Positions 1-9,616 of a stretch of 64,000 nt of DNA are shown here, in pieces. This stretch comes from Bdellovibrionales bacterium (GTDB lineage: Bacteria > Bdellovibrionota > Bdellovibrionia > Bdellovibrionales > UBA1609): the NCBI GenBank assembly GCA_028819545.1, contig JAPPLG010000019.1, positions 66,494 through 130,493 on the forward strand. Direction: 5' to 3'. A program made the position numbers and the translations under genes. The notes under the pieces were generated by a model. It was not told where the DNA came from and searched no databases. It worked only from the letters and a program-made list of their open reading frames with translations. The number at the start of each line of letters is the position of its first letter. Position 1 is the first letter of the stretch.

Positions 1-858
1 TAAAAGACAGGCTATTAAAGCAGAATCCAAGCCTCCGCTGAGCCCTAAATGAACTTTTTTGAAGCCACTATGAAGAATAAATTCTTTAATTCCTAATTGT
101 ATAGCTTCTTTTTTTATTTGTATGTCGGAGATTTTTTTTCTTATTTTTTGTTTTTTTAAATTCCATGGATTGATGCAAATAATTTCTTCTTTAAAAGAAG
201 TGCTTTGGATACATACTTCCCCTTTTTCATTTAAAACGAAAGAGGAACCATCGAAGATCAGCTCATCTTGAGCTCCTACACAGTTTAAGTAAATTAATGG
301 GGCTTTTGTCTTTTTTGTTATTTTTTGGGCGTAGGAAATTCGATTTTGAATTTGTTCGGGGAAAAAGGGTGAAGCATTTATACAAATAACAGCGTCGATG
401 GATTTTGGAAGTTTTTGAATTTTCCATAAATCTTCACAAATAAGAACTAAAATTTTTTTATTTTTAAAATTTAATATATTAAATGAATTTTCTGATCGGG
501 AAAAAAACCTCTTTTCATCAAAAGTATCTGAAAGAGCTAAAAACAACTTATGAAATATTTGTAATTTGTTTTTATCTTTAAATACAGCTGAGTTGAAAGT
601 TTTTCCTTTATTTGTACAGGCTCCAAATAAAAGAGCAGGGCTGTCTTTCTCATATTTTATTTTATGTAATTCTCTTTCCTGTTTTCTTATAAAATGCTTC
701 AATTCCAGGAGATCTTCCGGAGGGTATCCCATGAGATACATTTCAGGAAAAATTAAGAGGTCAGCGTCTTTATGTTTTTTGGTTAAATTTTGAATAGTTT
801 TTCTATTTTGTTCAAAATTTCCAAGAGTGCTTTTAGTTTGACAAAGTATCCATTTCAT
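1..858 (-). CDS. nadE: Glutamine-dependent NAD+ synthetase; N-terminal 286 codons only, C-terminus runs off the window
   Basis: My translation of the minus strand from the ATG at 858 gives MKWILCQTKSTLGNFEQN...LLIFPEMYLMGYP (CN-hydrolase domain). It reaches KKVHLGLSGGLDSALIACLL (PP-loop SGGxDS motif) at the window edge with no stop. Confidence 0.8.
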   Translation of the reverse strand, partial: MKWILCQTKSTLGNFEQNRKTIQNLTKKHKDADLLIFPEMYLMGYPPEDLLELKHFIRKQERELHKIKYEKDSPALLFGACTNKGKTFNSAVFKDKNKLQIFHKLFLALSDTFDEKRFFSRSENSFNILNFKNKKILVLICEDLWKIQKLPKSIDAVICINASPFFPEQIQNRISYAQKITKKTKAPLIYLNCVGAQDELIFDGSSFVLNEKGEVCIQSTSFKEEIICINPWNLKKQKIRKKISDIQIKKEAIQLGIKEFILHSGFKKVHLGLSGGLDSALIACLL

Positions 859-902
859 AATGGGTTGTATGATGTCCTCTTTAAAATTTTTGTCAAGTCC
901 AT

Positions 903-1976
903 TTAAGAAGCTTTAAGGTTTTCATTGACTTGCATAAGCTGGGATCCAATAAAAAAGAGGATTCCCAAGATCAATAGACCTATAAATATGTATTTCAGAA
1001 ATTTACCGAATGTTATTGGATCCTCTTCTTCAATCTTTGCTTGTTGTTTACTTTTGGCATCCACTACAAAAGAGGCTTTTCTTTCAGATTTATTTTTTTT
1101 ATTGGATTTTTCAGTTGGGACAGCTATGGCTGTTCCTCTATTTTCTCCTTCGTTTGCTTCAAAATCGTAAGCTCCCCCGGACATAAGAAACCGATCTCCC
1201 TGGGAAGAACGGCGATTGGATCTATTTCCATTAGCTGAGGTTAGTGTTGAAGTATCGCCTTTTTTTCTTTTAACTTTGAATTTTTTTCTATTTTGTTTTC
1301 TTTTCCTTTTATCATCTAAATCATCCAGACCTTCAGAAGAAGATTGAACTAAAAATTGATTGTTATAAGAAGAGTTCAGGTTGTTATTTTTTCCTCCTGA
1401 AACTGGGAAGCTGTCTTTAGGAGTTTTAGACACTCCTGTAGAGTTGTTGTTACTGTTGGAATATTCTCCCCAGGGACTTCTATTATTAGCACCGCTTTCC
1501 CATGAACTGTTTCCGCCACCGCCCCATGTGCCGCCACCGCCGCTCCTGCTCCATGAGCTACCACCACTGCCGCTCCATGTATTGCCGCCGCTCCTGCTCC
1601 ATGTATTGCCGCCGCTCCTGCTCCATGTATTGCCGCCACTACCGCTCCATGAACTACTGGAACCACTGCTTGCAGGCCAATTGTGAAGAGTTGGATCCCA
1701 AGAAGGACGATCTAGACACCCCTCTATACCCGGTAATGCCGCTTTTTCCATAAAGCATACGTAGTAATCTTTGTAACTGGGCATAAATTCATTATTGAAA
1801 GGTTTGAAAAAAGTTTCCTTCAGTCCTATTACTATAAAAACAAGAACAACAAGCAGTAAGATATACTCGACAGTTGCTTGTCCTTTTCGTAAATTTTTTA
1901 AAACTGCATTGTGAATCATATTCTTTTCATCTCTAAAAATAGTTTGTAGTTTGAAAAATTGTGATATTTTAGGCAT
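903..1976 (-). CDS. Flp/TadE-type prepilin-like leader protein with an SGGNTWSR repeat tract, a K/R-rich segment and a C-terminal TM helix
   Basis: N-terminal KGQATVEYILLLVVLVFIVIGL matches the G/xxxxEY class-III (Flp) signal. It is followed by a G/S/W/N low-complexity tract, KRKRKQNRKKFKVKRKK, and the C-terminal helix IFIGLLILGILFFIG. The start could instead be Met20 (position 1919). Confidence 0.5.
   Translation of the reverse strand: MPKISQFFKLQTIFRDEKNMIHNAVLKNLRKGQATVEYILLLVVLVFIVIGLKETFFKPFNNEFMPSYKDYYVCFMEKAALPGIEGCLDRPSWDPTLHNWPASSGSSSSWSGSGGNTWSRSGGNTWSRSGGNTWSGSGGSSWSRSGGGGTWGGGGNSSWESGANNRSPWGEYSNSNNNSTGVSKTPKDSFPVSGGKNNNLNSSYNNQFLVQSSSEGLDDLDDKRKRKQNRKKFKVKRKKGDTSTLTSANGNRSNRRSSQGDRFLMSGGAYDFEANEGENRGTAIAVPTEKSNKKNKSERKASFVVDAKSKQQAKIEEEDPITFGKFLKYIFIGLLILGILFFIGSQLMQVNENLKAS
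1573..1644 (-). repeat. Three consecutive 24-nt tandem repeats (CTCCATGTATTGCCGCCGCTCCTG on the + strand) inside the CDS, embedded in a wider degenerate repeat tract (~1500-1660)
   Basis: Direct reading: the unit repeats at 1573, 1597 and 1621 and encodes SGGNTWSR x3 on the minus strand. Confidence 0.85.
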
Positions 1977-2045
1977 AAGAAATATCCTAAGAATATTTTA
2001 ATAATTTCTTATCGGCTTATTTTGGTAAATTATTAAGATGAAATA

Positions 2046-2864
2046 TCAAAATGATGGAGCCCAAGGAGGGCATACAAGTCTTTTATTTTTTTGTGTAAGT
2101 TTTTTTATTTTGCGTTTATCTTCAGAATTTAATTGAAAATCGAAAATGTTAAAATTGCTTGCAATATGCGATAGAGTTTTAGCTTTTGGAATGGCTATGA
2201 CATTTTCCTGATCGATTAGCCAACGAAGAGCAACTTGAGACACAGTTTTTTTGTATTTCTTTGCAATACTCTTTAAGGTTGCATTTTTGAAGACCTCGCC
2301 TCTGGCTAGAGGGCTGTAAGCTGTTAAGCACATTTTTTGTTTTTTGAGTGTTCTGATTAAATGACTTTGATCTAAAAAAGGATGGTATTCCACTTGATTA
2401 CAGATAATGGAAGGATGAATTTTGAGAGCTTTTCTTAGTAAAGAAGGAGTGAAGTTGCTGACTCCAATATGTTTAACTTTTTTAGTTTGAACGAGCTCTT
2501 TTAATGCAGAAAATGTATCTTCCAGGGGATATTGTGGGTTTGGCCAGTGAATTAATAACAGATCAATGAAATCTGTTTTTAAATTGTCTAAACTGCGACT
2601 GACACTCAATAAAACTTCTCGAAATTCTAAAAAATCTTTCCATACTTTTGTAACTAAGAAAATTTCTTCTCTTGGAACTTCTGAAGCTAAAATACCCGCA
2701 CCCACTTCTGCTTCATTTTCATAAATCTGAGCTGTATCAATGTGACGATAACCTACTTCCAGAGCTTTTTTAACTGCTTTAACACATTGTGTTCCTTTTA
2801 TTTGCCAGGTGCCAAAACCTAACTTTGGAATTTTAATTTTTCGTTTTACTGACCAATAGTCCAT
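2046..2864 (-). CDS. Aldo/keto reductase (2,5-diketo-D-gluconate reductase-like)
   Basis: LGFGTWQ, GYRHIDTAQIYENE, LIHWP and IPKA motifs; 272 aa, the typical AKR length. Confidence 0.85.
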   Translation of the reverse strand: MDYWSVKRKIKIPKLGFGTWQIKGTQCVKAVKKALEVGYRHIDTAQIYENEAEVGAGILASEVPREEIFLVTKVWKDFLEFREVLLSVSRSLDNLKTDFIDLLLIHWPNPQYPLEDTFSALKELVQTKKVKHIGVSNFTPSLLRKALKIHPSIICNQVEYHPFLDQSHLIRTLKKQKMCLTAYSPLARGEVFKNATLKSIAKKYKKTVSQVALRWLIDQENVIAIPKAKTLSHIASNFNIFDFQLNSEDKRKIKKLTQKNKRLVCPPWAPSF

Positions 2865-2949
2865 ATCCTACCTAACCGGAAGGTGATTTTTTTCATTTTG
2901 ATGAGATAGAATAATAATCAATGATAGAATTTTTTCCAATAAATTATTT

Positions 2950-3681
2950 ATGAGTGTGTATTTTATGCAGATTAAAGTCTTTATCTTTCTCTTCTTTTTG
3001 GGATGTGGTTCAGCACAATTAAATTCAGAGACATTTGATGATTGGTGTTTTGAGCCATTTAAACAAAGAGATAATTTTTATGAATATCTCAATATTCATG
3101 AAGAATATGCAAAAAGTGATAATAATGTGGAAAGTATGAGGCTGGCAGGCTGTGCTTATTACCAAAAAGGTGATTTGGATCTGGCGGAACAATGGTTAAG
3201 TGAAGCTTATCAAAATGGACATAAGGGTGTTCCTGTGGATTTAACAGCTATCTATCTTAAAGAGGGTGATCTGGAGCGTGCATTAACTTGGTACAAAGAA
3301 AAAGAAAACACGTTGGAGTCTGAAAGGATACGCTGGCTTGATATTGTTGTACCTATGGAGCGCTATAGACATAGCAATGAAAGGATGTATTTGAGTGGAG
3401 CTCGTTCTATGTTGGAACACAAAATACGAATTGAAGGTGATACTCCTGTAACATTGAGGCTGATGGAAACAATTGATGATCTGATTGAAGAAGAAACCCA
3501 ATGTGCTAGACGAGATCACGGTTGTTCATATGCCCGCATTAACGAAAAGAAAGCTTCTATACATGTTTTTTCTCGGGGGGTTTTATCCTCTATGGTTCCT
3601 GATATTCCTAAGTCATGGAATTACGAGGAAGGAGAAGTAGGTTTGTTGCCTATTATGCCAAATAAAGAAGATACAGTTTAA
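2950..3681 (+). CDS. Putative lipoprotein with a TPR/Sel1-like helical segment
   Basis: Signal peptide with lipobox FFLGCGS; AGCAYYQKGDLDLAEQWLSEAYQNGH resembles a TPR/Sel1 helix pair. No further family assignment is possible by eye. Confidence 0.4.
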   Translation: MSVYFMQIKVFIFLFFLGCGSAQLNSETFDDWCFEPFKQRDNFYEYLNIHEEYAKSDNNVESMRLAGCAYYQKGDLDLAEQWLSEAYQNGHKGVPVDLTAIYLKEGDLERALTWYKEKENTLESERIRWLDIVVPMERYRHSNERMYLSGARSMLEHKIRIEGDTPVTLRLMETIDDLIEEETQCARRDHGCSYARINEKKASIHVFSRGVLSSMVPDIPKSWNYEEGEVGLLPIMPNKEDTV

Positions 3682-3689
3682 TTTATTGA

Positions 3690-3986
3690 ATGTCTTTTGA
3701 GTCTGCAGATCTTCAGCATATAAAAAAGGAAAGAGCAAAGGCAAAAAAGCTTCGCTCCACTTCATGGTGGCAAAATAAGCTGAAAAAAGAGCCTTGCTAT
3801 TTTTGCAAAAAGAGGTTTCCTAAAGAAAAATTGACTATGGATCATTTGATTCCCCTGGTAAAAGGGGGCTTTAGTATAAAAAATAATCTAGTTGTGTCCT
3901 GTAAGGATTGCAATTCCAGTAAAAAGTATCACACAATTATTGAGCAAAGGTTAAATGCATTGAAGAAATCTTCAACTGATAAATAG
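3690..3986 (+). CDS. Small HNH endonuclease
   Basis: CYFCKK...LTMDHLIPLVKGGFSIKNNLVVSCKDCNSSK gives CxxC...H-N-...CxxC, a zinc-finger HNH core. Only 10 nt separate its stop from the top6B start. Confidence 0.75.
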   Translation: MSFESADLQHIKKERAKAKKLRSTSWWQNKLKKEPCYFCKKRFPKEKLTMDHLIPLVKGGFSIKNNLVVSCKDCNSSKKYHTIIEQRLNALKKSSTDK

Positions 3987-3996
3987 GTAACGAATA

Positions 3997-5730
3997 ATGG
4001 GATCAAAAATTACAACAAGCAGTACAGCGGAGTATTTTGCAAAAAATTTACAACAAGTAGGGTTTTCCTCTCCAACAAAAGCTGTATTAACCACTCTTAA
4101 AGAATCTGTTGATAATGCATTAGATGCTTGTGAAGAGCATTCTCTTTTGCCTGAGATAAAAGTTTCTGTACAGAAAGTTTCTAAAGGCTCTACAAAGAAT
4201 GTAGATCTGATTGAGATTATGGTGGAGGATAATGGCCCTGGTTTGGAACTGGAAGATATAACTCGGGTTTTTGGGGAGTATTTGGCTTCTTCAAAATTTG
4301 GTAAGGGCCGCTGTTCCAGAGGACAGCAGGGTATTGGTATTTCTGCCGCAACCACTTGGGCGCAATTAACTTATGCGGCCGGTGTTCAAGTGATTAGTAA
4401 AACAAAGAGAATGAAAAAAGCTGTGAAAGCTCAGGTGGATGTTGATATTAAAAAGAACAAAGGTGTTTTAAAGAATAAAACGACAATAGATTGGAATAAA
4501 CCACACGGTATAAAAATTGTTTTTCGAATTGATGGTCGAATTCAGTTAAATGGAGATGGAGGTTTGATCACGTATTTGGAAGGAACTTCTATTGTCAATC
4601 CGCATCTCAATTTAGAGTATAAATTATTAGATAATGAGCTAAAAAAAATTGAAAGAGTCACTCAAGAAATTCCAAAAGTACCGCCTGCCACTTTACCTCA
4701 TCCTCATACTATGAAGCTAGGTGAATTTATTGCTCATGCACATCTTTATGGAGGAATGAGTTTAAAAGCTTTTTTGAAAAAAGGGTTTTCACGTGTTTCA
4801 GACCTTGTTGTTAAATCTTTTGTACAAAATGGATTGTCTAAATCTTTTCTTGAAAAACGATTATCTTCCCTAAATGATAAAAATCATAAGGATATTTTTA
4901 GAGCAATACAAAGTACAAAGATGTCCAACCCCTCGACCCAATCAGTCTTAACCATTGGGGAAGAGAGGCTTTCCAAAAGCATTCAAAGGTTGGGAAATGT
5001 GGATTTCTTTAGTGTCATTACAAGAAAACCAACTATTTGTGACCATAAACCCGTTGTGGTTGAAGTGGCTGTAGCTCGTTTTTCGGATTCCAAAAAACCA
5101 CAAGAAGAGTCGGAAACTATAACTATTCAGCTATTGCGTTTTGCCAATCGTGTCCCCTTGCAGTTTGATAAATCCTCGTGTGCAATTACCAAGTCGGTGG
5201 AATCTGTCAATTGGAAAGCTTACGGTCTTAGTCAGTCTAAAAATAGTTTGCCAACAGGACCTTATGTTCTTGCTGTTTCTGTAACATCTCCTTTTATTAA
5301 GTTTAAAAATGCTTCTAAAGAAACCATTGATGCCAGTGAAGAATTAGTGGATGAAATTCGCAGAACTCTTATGCAAGCTGGGCAAAAGTTGTCTCGTCAT
5401 ATTCGAAGGGAGCAAAAAGCTCAAGAGCTGGAGCGTAAGATGCAGTATATTGAAAGCTTTGTTCCTATTTTAATAAAAAAACTAGCTGATATCACGTCTG
5501 CATCTTCTACTAGAGTTAAAAAAGCTGAAAAAGGTATTAATAAAATTTTAGGAAGAGATACTAAAATGGCAAAAGAAGCTTTAAAGGAAGCTCAAGGAAA
5601 ATTGGATCATCTAAAGTCTAAAGAAAATGGTGATAAAAATTTATCCGATAGCACTCTTGTTAAAAATTTAAAACGTTCTCCTCAATCTAAGAAAAAGAAT
5701 GTTGCTGTAAAACAAAGAAAGTCGTCTTAA
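3997..5730 (+). CDS. top6B: DNA topoisomerase VI subunit B (GHKL ATPase plus transducer), with a K-rich C-terminal tail
   Basis: N-terminus STAEYFAKNLQQVGFSSPTKAVLTTLKESVDNALDA (Bergerat N-box), VEDNGPG (G1) and SRGQQGIG (G2). Length is compatible with Top6B. Confidence 0.85.
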   Translation: MGSKITTSSTAEYFAKNLQQVGFSSPTKAVLTTLKESVDNALDACEEHSLLPEIKVSVQKVSKGSTKNVDLIEIMVEDNGPGLELEDITRVFGEYLASSKFGKGRCSRGQQGIGISAATTWAQLTYAAGVQVISKTKRMKKAVKAQVDVDIKKNKGVLKNKTTIDWNKPHGIKIVFRIDGRIQLNGDGGLITYLEGTSIVNPHLNLEYKLLDNELKKIERVTQEIPKVPPATLPHPHTMKLGEFIAHAHLYGGMSLKAFLKKGFSRVSDLVVKSFVQNGLSKSFLEKRLSSLNDKNHKDIFRAIQSTKMSNPSTQSVLTIGEERLSKSIQRLGNVDFFSVITRKPTICDHKPVVVEVAVARFSDSKKPQEESETITIQLLRFANRVPLQFDKSSCAITKSVESVNWKAYGLSQSKNSLPTGPYVLAVSVTSPFIKFKNASKETIDASEELVDEIRRTLMQAGQKLSRHIRREQKAQELERKMQYIESFVPILIKKLADITSASSTRVKKAEKGINKILGRDTKMAKEALKEAQGKLDHLKSKENGDKNLSDSTLVKNLKRSPQSKKKNVAVKQRKSS

Positions 5731-5743
5731 AAAGGAGTTATTA

Positions 5744-6913
5744 ATGGCTAAGCAAAAAGTGATTCGTATTCGAAAGTTGGATAAAGATATTCCTAAGATA
5801 TCCCGTGGTTTATGCGATCAAATGTTAAAAGATTTGGAACAGGCTCGTCGGCCTGTTTTATCAGCTGTAAAATGTTCTTTAGATAATTCATCTTATGATG
5901 CTAAAAGAGGATATTTAATGCCATTAGCTAAAAGAATTCAATCAGAATTAAATGTATCTTCTATTCAAAAATTATCTCGTACGGTTTTTATTTTGGAAAT
6001 TCTTTTGAACAATTTAAAAACAGGTGCCGTGAATACAAAACGTGAACTTTACTATATTTCAAAAGGTTTAATTAAGTCTGACAAGTTTTATAAGCCGTTG
6101 GATTTTGATGAGCAAGTGGATTGTGACAGCATAGTGGATTTTATTTGTGACATGTTGGAAGTTTACCGGGAAGAGATGAATTGTTTTGCTAATGATCGGG
6201 GAGGGCAAACTTATTCTCAACATTTAGTGGTTACAGAGTTTCTTCCGGACGGCACAAAAGCTGTTGTAGATCTCAGCTCTCTTGGAACGACTCCCTTTCA
6301 ACCTAAAAACAAACCTCAGCAGTTTAAGGTGCAAAAAAAAGGTTCATTAAAATTTGGGTTAATTGTTGAATCTGAAGGTACAGCAAATACTCTAGTTTCC
6401 AATGGTATTACCAAAAGGCATCCTTGTGTGGTGATTGGTGCTCAAGGGGTTCCAAGCAATGCTGTTCGAGGTTGGTGTAAGACACTGCAGGATCAATTAG
6501 CTATACCTCTTTATTTTTATGGAGATTTGGATGCTTATACTTTACAAAATATTTTTAGAACTTTAAAGGCAGGATCCGCCGCCAGTTTAATTAGAAATTC
6601 TGATTTTAGTGCTCCTCAGGTTAAATTTCTCGGTTTATTGCCTGAAGATGTTGAGGATCATGAACTGCATTGTTACTCTGTATCTGCAAGTGATCCCAGT
6701 GAAATGCGTTCTTTAAAGAAAGCAAAGGACGCTCTACAAAATGATCCCTTTTTTAGAGATAAGAAAAATAAACCCTTAGCTAAAATTTTAAAATGGCTTA
6801 TTAAGGAAAAAAAGAGGTGTGAACAACAGTCTGTCTTTTCTACTGACCCTAAGAACCCGAAAGTTTTAGAGGAGTTTTTGATCAATAAAATTAAAAAGAA
6901 AAAATACATTTAA
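5744..6913 (+). CDS. top6A: DNA topoisomerase VI subunit A (Spo11 family)
   Basis: KRELYYIS holds the catalytic Tyr in the CAP domain. Toprim signatures are LIVESEG and YGDLDAYT (DxD). 389 aa. Confidence 0.85.
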   Translation: MAKQKVIRIRKLDKDIPKISRGLCDQMLKDLEQARRPVLSAVKCSLDNSSYDAKRGYLMPLAKRIQSELNVSSIQKLSRTVFILEILLNNLKTGAVNTKRELYYISKGLIKSDKFYKPLDFDEQVDCDSIVDFICDMLEVYREEMNCFANDRGGQTYSQHLVVTEFLPDGTKAVVDLSSLGTTPFQPKNKPQQFKVQKKGSLKFGLIVESEGTANTLVSNGITKRHPCVVIGAQGVPSNAVRGWCKTLQDQLAIPLYFYGDLDAYTLQNIFRTLKAGSAASLIRNSDFSAPQVKFLGLLPEDVEDHELHCYSVSASDPSEMRSLKKAKDALQNDPFFRDKKNKPLAKILKWLIKEKKRCEQQSVFSTDPKNPKVLEEFLINKIKKKKYI

Positions 6914-6996
6914 TAAAAACTTGTTATTTTCTGAACTTTCGAATCGAGCATATTCAGTGCGTTATTATTGTGAGTAAAAAACTGAAAAAAGTTGAA

Positions 6997-7017
6997 ATCT
7001 GAAAAATATTTTCAGAT
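6997..7017 (+). terminator. AT-rich hairpin downstream of top6A (ATCTGAAAA-ATA-TTTTCAGAT)
   Basis: Perfect 9-bp inverted repeat with a 3-nt loop, seen directly. It is AT-rich with no clear U-tract, so terminator function is only suggested. Confidence 0.3.
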
Positions 7018-7104
7018 AAATAGCTATATATTCTTACCTTTCTTCATTCTGGACGAGTTGTAGGAATTTTAGTAAGGTGCTTTGAAAATAAAAGGTCTTT
7101 CAGT

Positions 7105-7896
7105 ATGGTCAATTATTTACAGTTATTAAATAAGCTTTTGGAGGAAGGGGTTTACCGTGCAGATCGAACAGGAACGGGAACCTTAAGTATTTTTGGTCAT
7201 CAAATGCGTTTTGATTTATCCAAAAATTTTCCTTTGTTGACGACAAAAAAAGTGCACTTTCATTCTATTCTTCATGAATTGTTATGGATACTTAGCGGTA
7301 ACACAAATATTAAATATCTTAAAGAAAATAAGGTTCGTATCTGGGATGAATGGGCGGACTCTAATGGGGATTTAGGGCGTGTTTATGGGGCACAGTGGAG
7401 ATCTTGGAGGAAACCTAATGGAGAGACTTTGGATCAAATCTCTCATGTCATTCAGCAAATAAAAGAAAATCCTTATTCAAGAAGACATTTGGTTGTGGCT
7501 TATAATCCTGGTGAACTAGAAGAGATGGCTTTACCTCCCTGTCACGCCTTTTTTCAATTTTATGTTGTGGACGGCAAATTATCCTGTCAGCTTTATCAAA
7601 GAAGCGCTGATGTTTTTTTAGGTCTTCCTTTTAATATTGCCAGTTATTCTTTATTAACTTTAATGATGGCTCAAGTTTGTAACCTAAAACCCGGGGAATA
7701 TATTCAAACTATTGGAGATGCACATCTCTATTTGAACCATATTCCTCAAGCTCAAACTCAAGTGAAAAGAATTCCACGCACTCTTCCCCAGCTTACAATT
7801 TCAGCTCAGCCTTCTATTTTTGATTATCGCTCGCATCACTTTGAATTGATTCACTACGACCCTCATCCTCGTATACGGGCAGAAGTATCTGTATGA
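7105..7896 (+). CDS. thyA: Thymidylate synthase (ThyA type)
   Basis: [19 protein letters not shown] (catalytic Cys), [17 protein letters not shown]; 263 aa. Confidence 0.95.
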   Translation: MVNYLQLLNKLLEEGVYRADRTGTGTLSIFGHQMRFDLSKNFPLLTTKKVHFHSILHELLWILSGNTNIKYLKENKVRIWDEWADSNGDLGRVYGAQWRSWRKPNGETLDQISHVIQQIKENPYSRRHLVVAYNPGELEEMALPPCHAFFQFYVVDGKLSCQLYQRSADVFLGLPFNIASYSLLTLMMAQVCNLKPGEYIQTIGDAHLYLNHIPQAQTQVKRIPRTLPQLTISAQPSIFDYRSHHFELIHYDPHPRIRAEVSV

Positions 7897-8381
7897 AGAC
7901 TTGCTCTCATATTGTAGCTGTGTCACAGAATAATGTTATAGGTCTGCAGAATAAACTCCCCTGGAATATTCCTGAGGATTTGAAGTTTTTTAAAAATAAA
8001 ACCATAGATCGAACTGTTATTATGGGAAGAAAAACTTTTGAATCTCTTGGGTCTCCTCTCCCCCGAAGATTGAATATTGTTATTTCCCGCAGTCAGGTTT
8101 TTGCAGGGGTTATTATGGCTGAAACTGTAGAAGAAGCTATAGAAAAAGCTCAAAGAGAAAAAAATCCACATGAAATTTTTATTATTGGAGGAGGGGAAAT
8201 TTATAAACAATCACTAGATAAAATTCAAAAAATTTACCTCACTCGAATTTATAAAGATTATGAAGGAGATGCTTTTTATCCTGAGGTGCCAAAAGATCAG
8301 TTTCAATTAGTTGAAAAAATAGATCATAAAGGTGATCCTGACTTTTCTTTTTTGACTTATCTGCGGCAAGAAGAGGTTTAA
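7893..8381 (+). CDS. folA: Dihydrofolate reductase
   Basis: [48 protein letters not shown] overlap with thyA. Confidence 0.9.
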   Translation: MKTCSHIVAVSQNNVIGLQNKLPWNIPEDLKFFKNKTIDRTVIMGRKTFESLGSPLPRRLNIVISRSQVFAGVIMAETVEEAIEKAQREKNPHEIFIIGGGEIYKQSLDKIQKIYLTRIYKDYEGDAFYPEVPKDQFQLVEKIDHKGDPDFSFLTYLRQEEV

Positions 8382-9614
8382 GTGAATACTTTAGTTATTG
8401 GAAAAGGGGGAAGAGAGCATGCCATTGTTCAGGTGTTGAAAAAATCCTCTAATTGCTATTGCTTTCCGGGGAGAGATGGTTTTGATGTTCAATCACTTCA
8501 AACTTCTCATGTTTCAAAAGCGGAAGATCTTGTTCCTGAAATGAAAGAGAAAAAAATAGATTTAGTGGTTATTGGTCCTGAAGCTGAATTAAGTCAAGGC
8601 TGGTCAGATGTTTTCAGATCTTATAATTTTTCTGTGTTTGGTCCAAGTCAGCAGGCCTCCCAGCTGGAAAGCAGTAAGATTTTTGCTAAAGAATTTATGA
8701 AAAGAGCTGGCATCCCTACAGCCAAGTATTTTGTTGTTCAAAGTTTGCAGGATACTCTTTTACAAGCTAAACACTTTTCCCCTCCTTATGTTTTGAAAGC
8801 GGATGGTTTAGCTGGAGGAAAGGGAGTTTTTATTTGCCCTGATGAGAGATCTTTAAAAGAGAATGCTCAAAAAATTTTTGAAGATCAAATCTTTGGAAAA
8901 GCTGGAGAAAAAGCTTTGCTTGAAGAGTTTCAAGAAGGAACAGAGCTTTCTGTTTTTATATTAACAGAGGGAAAAGATTATTGTGTGTTGCCTTTAGCTC
9001 AAGACTATAAAAAACTTCATGAAGGAGGAAAGGGTTTAAATACCGGAGGTATGGGGGCTGTTGCTCCTCTCAATGTTGGTTCTGAGGTGTGGGAAGATAT
9101 TGAAAAAAATATTGTAAAGACTACTATCAAGCAAATCGAAAAAGATGACTTGTTTTATCGTGGGGTTTTATACATAGGCCTGATACAAACTGCACAGGGA
9201 TTAAAGGTGTTGGAATACAATGTGAGATTTGGAGATCCTGAATGTCAGGTGATCCTGCCGCTATTGGATATGGATGCGGCACAGTTGTTCTATGATGTTG
9301 CTCAAGGAAATCTGCCAAGTTTAAAATTTAACAATTTATTCTCATGCTGTGTAGTTTTGTCTGAAAGAGGTTACCCTGAAAATCCTAAAAAAGGAGAACT
9401 TATTTCCTCTTCTTTAACGAAAGACAGCCCCACAGCTTATCTTCTTCATGCAGGCACTAAGAAATCAAAAGAAGGTTATAGAGTTGATGGGGGGCGTGTA
9501 CTCAATGCCATTGGAGTAGGTCTAACTAAAGAACAGGCAAGAAAGCGGGCTTATGCTTTGTTAGATTCATTTCCTCATCATCTTTATTTTAGAAAGGATA
9601 TAGGAGACAGTTGA
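8382..9614 (+). CDS. purD: Phosphoribosylamine-glycine ligase
   Basis: GTG start directly after the folA stop. LVIGKGGREHA, VIGPEAEL, VLKADGLAGGKGV and NVRFGDPE motifs. Confidence 0.9.
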   Translation: MNTLVIGKGGREHAIVQVLKKSSNCYCFPGRDGFDVQSLQTSHVSKAEDLVPEMKEKKIDLVVIGPEAELSQGWSDVFRSYNFSVFGPSQQASQLESSKIFAKEFMKRAGIPTAKYFVVQSLQDTLLQAKHFSPPYVLKADGLAGGKGVFICPDERSLKENAQKIFEDQIFGKAGEKALLEEFQEGTELSVFILTEGKDYCVLPLAQDYKKLHEGGKGLNTGGMGAVAPLNVGSEVWEDIEKNIVKTTIKQIEKDDLFYRGVLYIGLIQTAQGLKVLEYNVRFGDPECQVILPLLDMDAAQLFYDVAQGNLPSLKFNNLFSCCVVLSERGYPENPKKGELISSSLTKDSPTAYLLHAGTKKSKEGYRVDGGRVLNAIGVGLTKEQARKRAYALLDSFPHHLYFRKDIGDS

Positions 9615-9616
9615 AA

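Noticed and set aside
1376-1753. Overlapping ORFs 1376-1666 (-), 1381-1686 (+) and 1502-1753 (+) inside the 903-1976 gene
   Set aside because: They are alternative-frame or antisense readings of the GGN/TGG tandem-repeat tract (poly-HGA, poly-LLP, poly-CR peptides) with no independent signals. The same reasoning applies to 15174-15527/15277-15552 within the FGE-domain gene and 21593-21965 within the acidic tail of the DUF3450-like gene.
3997-6913. Top6A/Top6B as part of a Wadjet/MksBEFG-like or other defence system (JetD is Top6A-like)
   Set aside because: Both canonical subunits are present at full length with a GHKL ATPase partner. No SMC-like JetC/MksB, kleisin or other defence genes are adjacent. 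A genuine type IIB topoisomerase is the simpler reading.
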